From the NCBI GenBank assembly GCA_013416795.1, contig RQSC01001252.1:1-64000 (forward strand): 64,000 nucleotides of DNA, written 5' to 3'. The position numbers were made by a program, and so were the translations under genes. The notes beneath the pieces are model-generated. The model saw only the letters and a list, made by a program, of their open reading frames with translations. It was not told the origin of the DNA and searched no databases. Below, piece after piece: positions 53,383 through 62,900 of the stretch (positions are counted from its first letter, which is position 1; every line of letters begins with the position of its first letter). The stretch comes from Prasinococcaceae sp. CCMP 1430. Taxonomy: Eukaryota; Plantae; Prasinodermophyta.

Positions 53383-55049
53383 TCAAGGCAGGGCTTCCAC
53401 GAAGGACCGGACCTCGCCCCTAATGAAGTCGCCGAGGCGGTTCGTCGCCTCTTCGATGGCCTCCTCCGACACCGACGCGAAGCACGCGCGGAACCAACCG
53501 TGTCGTGGCGCGTGGCAGTCGGCTCCCGGAGTTAGGAGCAGCTTTTTCTCCTCAAGCAGCTGCTGCCAGAGTGCGCGCTCGCCCTCGACGCTTTGCGCGA
53601 GCAGCGAACCACTCAGGTCCACCCAGCAGAAGAGCCCGGCCGTAGGTTGGACGAACGGCACGTGGGCCGCTTCAAGGCCCACGCACAGTAGCTTTGCCTG
53701 CGCCGCGAGGCGCCTGCGATTTTGGACCAGGTACGCGTCGATGCCTTCCGCATCCTCGAGCGCCGCCGCCAACACGTTTTGCACATAGTTCGATACCGCG
53801 CAGAAGTATCCCAGGTTGTGCATACTTCGGTTGAGGGCCGCATTCCTCGACCACAAGCAGCCGACCCGCAGGCCGGAGCCAGAGAAGTCTTTTGAGAATG
53901 CCCAAATCACGTGGAGCAGGTTGTCGACGTCGCCGCACGCCCTGACGTCCTCCCTGCACGCGAGCTCGGCCGCGCTCACGAACTCACTCTGCGCCGCACG
54001 CACGAGTCAGCGCAGAGCGCGCGGCGTGGGACGAGGGCCATCACATCGGTGCGCGCGTGCGCGGCGCGGGGACATACCTGTGCGGCGTCGTCAAATATAG
54101 AGAGAGCGTAGACCTCGTCGCTCACCACGTGCAGCCCGCGCTTCAGTCCCCATTTGACGATGCCGGCGTACGCATCGGCAGGCCACACGACCCCGAGCGG
54201 GTTGTGAGGGTGCGTGAGAAGTAGCATGCGAGGCGGGGCGCCGGCTGCAGTAGCAGCAGCCGCCGCCTCGTCCAGGTCGCGCACCGTCGGGACGTAGGCA
54301 CCAGCGGGATTGTACGCAGATGCCTTCACCGGCCAGGGCTTGGCTCCGACGCGCACGGTGAGGTCATTGTTGAACGCCGGATAATACGGCGCTGGTATGA
54401 GGACGCTGTCGCCGGGTGCGCACGTGGCGAAGACGACGTTTTCGATCACTGCGCCAGCACCCGATGAGACTGCGCACGCGCACACGCGCGCCGCACAGCG
54501 CGGGTCAGCAAGCGAGCGGCCCGGTCACGCTGGTCTGCTATGAAATCCCCGTCTTTAACGCACCTGTGAGTTCCTCCGCCAGGGGCGGCGCCCCGGCCTC
54601 GGCCGCCCCGAGCATGAACGTGCGCGCAAGAGTGGCGGCGAGTGCGTCTCGCAGGCGCGGTAATCCGCGCATATCGTCGTACCCCATCGACTCTGGCGGT
54701 GGCTCGTCCGCACCACGCGCACGCACGAGCTGCAGAAAGTGCTCGTGCGAAAGCTTGTTCTCCGCGACCGCGAGCACGACAGTGCCGGACGGGTTGAAGT
54801 CGGGCTGGTAGGCGTCTTGAGCGGCAGCAAGGAAAGCTGTGGGTTGGGTGGGAAAGCAGGCGGGCAGGCAATGTGCACGCGTCAGCGACGCGCGGGTGGC
54901 GTCGGACTCCTCAACCTCACGTGCGCGAGCCGCTGCGGCCGTGGCAGGCGCGGTGGCGCACCGTCGAGGTAGGACAGCGCGGGCTTGGTCGCCGCGCTGC
55001 CGCGCGCGCTTAGCGTTGCCATCGCCGCGTCCGGCGGCGGGGGAGGCAT
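53383..55049 (-). CDS. ACC synthase-like class I PLP enzyme; exons 55049-54962, 54836-54564, 54469-54078, 53988-53383
   Basis: DAYQPDFNPSG.V.L.VAEN, VSSGAGAVIE, PAPYYPAF, THPHNPLG, VVSDEVYALS, AFSKDFSGSGLRVG, AGLFCWVDL and GWFRACFA. Three GT-AG introns keep the frame. Confidence 0.9.
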
Positions 55050-55298
55050 TGCCGCCGGCAGGCGCCGGCGCCAGCACCATGCACGCGCTGTGGCATGCTC
55101 CCGCAGCCGGAACGAGAACAGTGCCGAACAGTCCGGATTCCGGATAGGGAAAGTGGCGTCTTTCTGCGGCTCGCGTCGGTACCACATCCAGCGCAGCAAG
55201 GGGCACATGCACGCATCGTGCACAAGTTGGAGCGCGCGGCAATGGACTACCAGCTCGGCGCGAGGAAGAGCGGCACGTCCGAGTACCTCATGCACATA

Positions 55299-56078
55299 TT
55301 ACACATCGGACTCGCTCGCCTCGCTCAGCAGCGACTCGTGCATCCCTCCCGCGGGTGCGTCGTGCACGGGCAGTGTGCTTGGTGTGTTCGTCCCACTGTT
55401 AAGAGGTGAGCTCCTGCGGCGGCGTGATCGCCTGCGCGACGCACGCCCATCGATCGCGCCGACGAACGCGAGGAGCCCCAGCCCCGCCGTCACAAACGGC
55501 AGCGCCGCGTCCAACTGCGTCATGCCTCCGCCACCACCGTTTTTCAGCGTGGGCAGCGCCGCCCACGCAGACACGACCGTCCCCGCAAACGTCGCCACGC
55601 CCCAAGCCCTCACCACCGGCGTGTGGACCCTATCCTTTCGCTTGAGCTCCAGCATGGCGCATATCGCGATGAGCTCCCATGCCACCGCCTGGCACGCGTA
55701 CCCGATGAGCGCGTGCCTGTCCCAGTGGCTCGCGATAGCGTGCTGCACTATGAGCAGAACGTACATCAACGACGAGCCGTGGCATACGATCACCGTGGCC
55801 ATGGCCGCAGCCCCGTGACGCCACTTCTTGCGTCGCGGAGCACCCTGACGATGCGTGCGCGCGCGGCCCTCTTGCGCGAGGCTCGCGGCGAGCGCGGCGC
55901 GCTCGCGCCTGATCCGCCAGTCCCACGCGAACGCGGCGAGCGCGTGCACGAGCATGACCGCCCCCGAGGCAACCTGCGCGAGCGCGAGCGACGGGGCCCC
56001 GTGCACCCACGCGGCGCCACACGTCGTCGTCCCCACGCCCGCGCCGTCGCCCTCGCACAGCCACGCCCACCCGCCCAT
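55299..56078 (-). CDS. Membrane protein with about 5 TM helices resembling the TMD0 of ABCC/MRP transporters
   Basis: Five hydrophobic segments; QAVAWELIAICAMLELKRKDRVHTPVVRAW resembles plant ABCC TMD0 helices 4-5; HESLL near the end. Confidence 0.6.
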   Translation of the reverse strand: MGGWAWLCEGDGAGVGTTTCGAAWVHGAPSLALAQVASGAVMLVHALAAFAWDWRIRRERAALAASLAQEGRARTHRQGAPRRKKWRHGAAAMATVIVCHGSSLMYVLLIVQHAIASHWDRHALIGYACQAVAWELIAICAMLELKRKDRVHTPVVRAWGVATFAGTVVSAWAALPTLKNGGGGGMTQLDAALPFVTAGLGLLAFVGAIDGRASRRRSRRRRSSPLNSGTNTPSTLPVHDAPAGGMHESLLSEASESDV

Positions 56079-56444
56079 CAGGAGCGCGTGGGCAACAAGC
56101 GATGCGACCTCCGCCGGCTCTGCGCGTCCCGCCGCCCGCTCGCCGCGGGCGGCCCCCTCCCTCGCGCCGCGCGNNNNNNNNNNNNNNNNNNNNNNNNNNN
56201 NNNNNNNNNNNNNNNNNNNNNNNNNNNNNNNNNNNNNNNNNNNNNNNNNNNNNNNNNNNNNNNNNNNNNNNNNNNNNNNNNNNNNNNNNNNNNNNNNNNN
56301 NNNNNNNNNNNNNNNNNNNNNNNNNNNNNNNNNNNNNNNNNNNNNNNNNNNNNNNNNNNNNNNNNNNNNNNNNNNNNNNNNNNNNNNNNNNNNNNNNNNN
56401 NNNNNNNNNNNNNNNNNNNNNNNNNNNNNNNNNNNNNNNNNNNN

Positions 56445-57913
56445 TGCGCGCGGCCGCGTCGGGCGTCGAGCTCGAGCGCGCCGTGACGGTCGACGCCGTG
56501 CGCGCGCAGCTGCGCGCGCTGGGGCACGACGACGCGGCCGTCCCGGACGACATCATCTCGTCGTTCCTCAAGGACATCTTCGCCGAGGTCAAGGCCGAGG
56601 CCGCCAGCGTGGCCGGCGCCAAGATGGACGCCGACGACGGCGAGGCGCCCGTGCCCGCACCGGTGGCGGCTGCGCCGCGCACGGGATCGCTGCCTGCGCA
56701 CCGCGGCGGCAGACTCGTCGCGACGCCGCCGCCAGCGCCGCAGGACGGCAGCGCAAGCGAGGGAGAGGGCGCGGTGGTGAGCCAGGCGCGGCCGAGGCTG
56801 GGTGGCCCGGCGCGCATCCCCGCAGAGTCTGCCCAAACCAGTGCGGACGGCAGCTGGGACACCGCAAGCGCCGGCTCGGCGGCGGAGGAAGACTTGGACG
56901 TGCGGGACGCGCTTGGCAGGCTGACGCTCGGGGCCGAGCGGCCATACAGTGCCTTCGACGTGTGGCAGCCGGATGGCCAGGAGGCCGAGGCCGAGTGCGC
57001 CTCGGCGAGCGCTGCCTTCGGCAGGCTGCTGATCCCTGCGGCCGACGAGGAGGAGGTGCCGCTGGAGGACCAGCCGCTGAGCATCCTCGCGTCCAGCCCA
57101 TCTATGGGAGGGCCCCCGTCCCCGGCGCTGGACACAGAATGGACACCCGCGCCCGATGAGCGGTCGGCCGCGGACTCCTCTTCGGCGTGGTCGGCTGAGG
57201 AACTGGAAAAGATGAAGCGCCGCGCGAAGCGCTTCGGCATCCCTTTTGTGCCTCCCGGGCAGCGCACACGGCGCCTGGGCGTGCCGCGTCGCGTGCAGAC
57301 CCCGCAAAGCGGCGCGCCGCCGGCGTCGCCGCAGCGTGCGTCGCCGCCGAGCCAGATGCATGCACTGCGCGTGCCCTATCCGGACTCGCCGGCACCGCCG
57401 GCGACAGCACCGGAGCGCCCGCCGGGCTTCACGCCGGCCTCGGCCAAGGCCTCAAGCAAGGCGCCGCACGCATCGCCCTACCGTTCGCCCTACGCCGCCC
57501 GCCCGCCATCAGCGGGCGAGAAGTGCACACCCCGCCGTCCGATGAGCGCGCGCGCGACATGCGACGCTGGGGTGCAGATGCCGTCGCCGTCCCTCGCCTT
57601 GGGGGCGCTCGTCGCCAGCGACGGCGACGCCGCGCCTAGCTCACCCCCGCGCCCGCAGACCGCGCGGCCGAGCGGCAGAGCGAAGGTCGACCGCGTGTCC
57701 GCGTACGCCTCACACAACAAGGAGTGGTCCTCGCGCCGCACCACGCTCGGATCCGTCGGCAACAAAGCGCCTCGCAGACGCCAGAACTTCTTCAAGATGT
57801 TTGCCGAGGCGCACGCGGCCGAGGCGAAGAAGGACCGCCTGCGCAGGCGTGCCGTGCGCGACGCTACCGCCGCGAGCCTCGCCGACAGGCGGCCGACCTT
57901 TTCGCGCAGGTGA
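56445..57913 (+). CDS. HYLS1-like centriolar protein (start in gap)
   Basis: N-terminal VRAQLRALGHDDAAVPDDIISSFLKDI and C-terminal KVDRVSAYASHNKEW resemble the HYLS1 N- and C-terminal boxes; disordered P/S-rich middle. Confidence 0.6.
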
Positions 57914-58093
57914 CCAAGAGCCACCGCCAGGCGCGCGCGCGGTCGCGGCGGGCGAGTCGCGCGTGGATCACCTCCGAGGCAGGGCTCCTAGAGTGCGTAC
58001 CCACAGCGGCACAGCACATCTTTTAAGAATCCGATCAATGCCACTGGTGCGGTCCACGGCCGCGCTAATATTAGTATTACGGTGCACGCGTGC

Positions 58094-58753
58094 CTAGCCC
58101 CGCGCGAACACGATGCTGCACACTCCACATATGGTCAGTACGCCCAGGACGTCCATGACGACCTGAATGGTGGTGCCAGCATTCGCGGGGTCCACACCCG
58201 CCCGCCCGAGCGCGAACGGCAGCGCGGACCCAAGCAGCGTGCTCGTGAAGACGATGGTGAACAGTGACGCCGATATACCCAGCACGTTTTTTGCCTCGCC
58301 ATTGGTGAGGACCACCCTCGCCGCGCCGACGCACGTCGTCGTGAGTGCGAGCCCTGCGCCGACACGCGCCTGGCGGAGCATCGTGCGCCGAAAGGAGCGC
58401 ACGCTCAGGTCGAGCTCGCCCATCGCCAGCGAGCGGATTACGGCGATAGCGCTCTGATTTCCACAGTTTCCGCCCGCGCCCACGAGCATCGTCAGGAAGA
58501 GGGTGATCACGAGGTGCTTGCGGATAAGCTCCTCGAAGTATGAGAGCACTGAGCCGGAGAGCGACTGCAGTATGAGGAGCGCGCACAGCCACCTACCGCG
58601 AAAGACTACCTCCGCGACGACCGACTGCGGCCCGGCGCCAGTGGCTCTGCACTTGGTGTCCTCGCCGCCGCCAGCGGCGTATGTCTGCACGGCCGCAACC
58701 GGTGGCCGGTGGTGGTGCGGAAGCAGGTCGCTGCTGAAGCTGCGTTTGTGCAT
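58094..58753 (-). CDS. MgtE-family Mg2+ transporter (membrane domain only)
   Basis: RGRWLCALLILQSLSG.VL..FE, FLTMLVGAGGNCGNQS...VIRSLAMGE and G.DPA.AGTTIQVVMDVLG (TM5 Asp). Confidence 0.9.
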   Translation of the reverse strand: MHKRSFSSDLLPHHHRPPVAAVQTYAAGGGEDTKCRATGAGPQSVVAEVVFRGRWLCALLILQSLSGSVLSYFEELIRKHLVITLFLTMLVGAGGNCGNQSAIAVIRSLAMGELDLSVRSFRRTMLRQARVGAGLALTTTCVGAARVVLTNGEAKNVLGISASLFTIVFTSTLLGSALPFALGRAGVDPANAGTTIQVVMDVLGVLTICGVCSIVFARG

Positions 58754-59320
58754 CTCGCCGCCTTACAGCCCACGACCTACGAGTAGCCTGACGCGCAGAG
58801 TTGTGCGCGATTCGACGCGGCCAGGAGGGGCTGGCCTCAGGGAATCGCGCCCAACTCGCCCCACGCTTCGTACCCGCGCCCGGCGGCGCCGCCGCCGCCG
58901 CCGCCCTGCGGGCCAAACGCGCGCCGACCTGCCCCGGCGGACGTCGTCTGGATCGCGTCACGCAGGGCCGCCTGCGCTGCCGGGGCTGAGGCTGCGCGTG
59001 GGTCGCGGCGTGTGGAGGGGGGGTGGGCGGGCAGCAGGCCCAGCGAGCGCCAGCTCGGCGCCAACACGACACGCTGACAGCAGGCAAGCAAACACGTCAA
59101 TATGAGAGGGGGTTTCGGCATTGGATTGTGACGTTTCTTTTCTCTGCGAGGCCTGCCTCTGCCTGCGCTGCGCGCGCGCGCGCCACAGGGCGAGCGGGGA
59201 GCGGGGAGCGGGCGGCAGAGGGGGGCGGGGGGCGAGGGGAAGGAAGGGAGGAAGAGGCTGGCGTGCTCGTGCGCTTGCTCTCCTCCGAACCCCGTGCACG
59301 CGAGCGCGCGCGCGCGCGGG

Positions 59321-59545
59321 ATGCTCTCGCTTGCGCGCGCCAAGTTTGCCGCGCGCACGGCCGCAGCACGTGTGAGAGAGGCCGAGCGCGCCGCGCAGAA
59401 GGTGCTCGACGTCGTCGTGCCCGGGCCGGCCGGCGTGCCGAGCATTGCCTTCGACGCGGCTGAGCGCAACGCTGCGGAGCGCGCAGTGCAGCGTGCGAAG
59501 CAGCGGTGGATCCAGGCTGAGGCAGACGCCGCCGCGAGACGCTGA
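59321..59545 (+). CDS. Putative small helical protein (74 aa) or orphan exon
   Basis: MLSLARAKFAARTAAARVREAERAAQKVLDVVVPG...RWIQAEADAAARR. Composition looks in-frame, unlike the neighbouring R/P-rich spurious ORFs. Confidence 0.35.
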   Translation: MLSLARAKFAARTAAARVREAERAAQKVLDVVVPGPAGVPSIAFDAAERNAAERAVQRAKQRWIQAEADAAARR

Positions 59546-59952
59546 CGGCCAGGCGCTTGGACGCACGTGTGGGCCGGCACGCCCTGGCACGAATCACCGA
59601 CGGGGCGCCGTGAGCTCTGCCTGCGCACCGGGCCTGCACACCGGGCCTGCGCACCGGGCGGCATTGCATATGCAAGCGCCCGGCGCCTTCTCTCGCGCCG
59701 CGCCCTCTTGCTCGCCGCGCCGAGAGATATGTAACATGTGTTGACTTACGCGCGGTGGCGATGGGATATAGCGCGCGGGGGGTGAAGAGGGCAGGGGAGG
59801 CGCATGAGCTCGCGCTGAGCGGCTCGCCTTGTTTCCTGACCAGCCCCCTACGCCGTTGCTGCTAAGCGGGGCTGGAAGCAGCGCAGTAGGCGCGGCGGCC
59901 GCCGCCGCTGCGGTCCGGGCAGTAGTTTCAAGTATACACACTTACAGGTCGC

Positions 59953-62900
59953 TCAGAACGCGCCCGAGTAGAAGTTGTCGATTTCGGCCGGGTCATACCA
60001 TTCCGTCTCTGCGCTGTCCGCCCACATCCCGTCGCCCTGCTGCTGAGCGGTGCCATCCACGACGTGCCCTTGATCATGCTGGCCGTCCGCGCCCACCTCG
60101 CCCTCGCTCTCCTCCGACACAAGCCTCTTCTTGAGCTCCGCCTTTGCCGCGCGCCCCTCAGGTGAGGAGTAGTCGTAGTCAAAGGCCATGTCGATGAGCT
60201 GGAGCATCTTGGTGTCTGGTGCCACGCCCCGCTCGCGCATGTCTGCGAGTACATCTGCCACTTGGCGTAGGTGCTGTGTGCCCGAGACACTGCCCTCCGA
60301 CGCGCGCACCACGCCTCTCAGGAGCACGTGGTACATTGTGACGTCCGGGGTGACTCCAGCCGCGATGCCCTCATCAAAGAGCTCCGATGCACGCTCGCCG
60401 TCGCCATTGACCGTGTGCGCGCGCATCAGGCCACTGTACACCACAGCATCGGGGGCAATACCCGCAGAGCGCATGTGCGTGAGCAGGCGCTCGGCGCTCG
60501 CCGCATCGCCCGCGGCACCTGCGGCGGCAGCTAGGTGCGCGTACGGCCGCACGTCTGCAGTGCCGCCTAGCTCGCCCTCGTTCGAGTACCGCATCATCGA
60601 CTCCAGCGCCTCATCGAAATGGCCACACTTGGCCGCAACTGCAACGAGAATCTGGCGCGTTTCCGCCGTCTCAGAAATGCCGTCCGCAGCCATCTGCGCG
60701 CGCACGGCGGCCACGTGCTCGTACGCATCGCACAGCCCACACGCGGTCACCGCGGCGTTGTATGGGTTTGCCCACCCGCCCTTGGCCACGCTCACGCCGA
60801 GCGAAATCGCTGCGCGTGCAGCGGCGGCTGCTCTCGGTGCGTGCTCAGCCGCAAACGCTAGCGATGAGGACCCGTCGGCGTCGCTGCTGCCCTGCTCCGA
60901 CGCGGCGGCCGCGGCAGGGCTCAACTCGTGGAGCACTGCCAGCGCGCCGTCGATGTCACCCGCCCGGCCCAGCGCTGTAATCGCCGCTGAGAACGTCACG
61001 GTGCTTGACTTCACGTCTTGATCGGTCGCAGTGTTGAGGAGTTCCGCTACCAGGTCGTGCTCCCCCGCGTGTCCCGCGGCTGTAATCAGCGTCGCATACG
61101 TGTACGGGTCTGGCGCCGGGCCCATCTCCACCATCTCGTCGAATAGCGAGACCCCGGCCTCCAGGTCATGCACCATCGCTGCCATCGCGGCGTTGCAGCA
61201 CTTGATGCTGAGCGGAAGCTGCTCCTGACGCATGCGCTCCAATAGCAGAGAACATTGCTGCACGCATCCGCCGTGCGCGCTCGCGTGCACGAGCTGGTTG
61301 AACTCGTAGGGGCTCAGCGGCACAAAATCGTTCAGGCACTTGCTCACAAGCCGACAAGCTTCGCGCCTGGCAGCCTTGGAGGACCCCGACGCCAGTGCCT
61401 CGACGCTCGCGACGTACAGCCTGGGATCGAGTTCAACCCTGGCCGAATGCATGCGCTCCAGCAGCAGCATGGCCTGCTTGTCGGCGCCAACTACTTTCAG
61501 CGCGCGGAGGAGGGTTGTGCACTCCCCGAGCGAGTGGCGGCTGATTGCACACGCCTTGTCGCCGTTGTCGGCGCGTTCCCAGAGCGCCTCAAGTGCCGCC
61601 ACCGCGCTCGAGGAGTCCCCGGCTTCGGCGAAGCAGCCAACGGCCTGCGCATAGCTCCAGAGGGACCAAACCGAGCGGCTCTTCGCACGGTCTTTGCTGT
61701 CAGCGAGCGAGACGCCCGAGGCCTCGGCGAGCCTCTCGCGCTTCTCAATGCGCTCGACGAGCTGCGCGAGCGTGTCTGGCTTGCCGTTAACTCTGCAGCT
61801 CGAGATTATGCCGCTCACCACAGAAGCGTCCGGAGCGTACCCGAGGGCATCTGCAACGTCCCACACGGGTATTACGCGCTCAGGGGCACCGCAACCCACC
61901 GCCAAGGCGTGCATTTGCGCCTCCAGCACCATCTGCGGAACATCGCATTCAAAGGCCTTGTCCGCAGCCCCACGCAAAAGCTCCACGCGCTCGTAGTCGC
62001 CTGAGCGCCCAGCGGCAGCCATGGCAGCGCAGAAGAGCTGCGCGGACTGCACGCCGTCCTTGTCCCTGCCGCCCTCTGCCAAGCGTTCGGCGACGTCGCA
62101 CATCTCGTCAATCAGCGCGGCGTCCTCAAGCTGCGAGATAGCGGCCATGGCACCCTTGAAGGTGCTGGACTGAAACGCAATGCCGTCGTCTGCCATCATA
62201 CGCAGCACGCGCCACGTGCCGAGCGGATTCCCCCCCTGCGCAGCCAGCACCAACGAGTACGTCTCCGAGCGCCTCGGCACGTCGAGGGCGCGCATGCGTT
62301 CGAGGAGCGCAAACGCAGCGTCGCGCCGCGATAGCGTCTCTTGGCTCTCCTCTTTCGCCCGTGCGTTCGGGTGCACGCTGGCGCGCGGGGCATGCCCCTT
62401 GCCCTTCAGTGGCAGCGCCAGCGACTGTATTGCCTGCTCGTACACCTCGCAGCGCTCCGAGTTCGAGAACTCGAGCTGCGTCATTAGCTCAAGCACCTCG
62501 CCCGCTGCAGCCTCAGCAACAGCGCCGCCGCCGCGGCAAGCTCCCAGCGCGTTTACGAGCGTCTGCGCGTCGATGTCCTCGTCGAGGCGGTCCTGCCGGG
62601 AAACCACCTCCGAAGCGAGCGCGGCCGCCGCCGCAGGCTGCTCGCATGCCGAGCACGCGGCTATGGCGGAATTCCACAAGCCCAGGTCGGGTGCGCGCGG
62701 CGCGTTTGCGCCTCCGGCATCCGCAGCGCTAGCGCGCTCGCGCACGAGGTTCAAGCCCCATTCCCAGTCGCCGGCCTGACCCTTGCCCCAGATGGCGAGC
62801 ATGAGCAGCGAGTGGTCTGCGGCCCTCAGCTGGCCGGACTGTTCGAGCTGCTCCGCCAGCCGCGCCACAAGCTCGCCACCGTAGCCAGGGCTGCGCCTGC

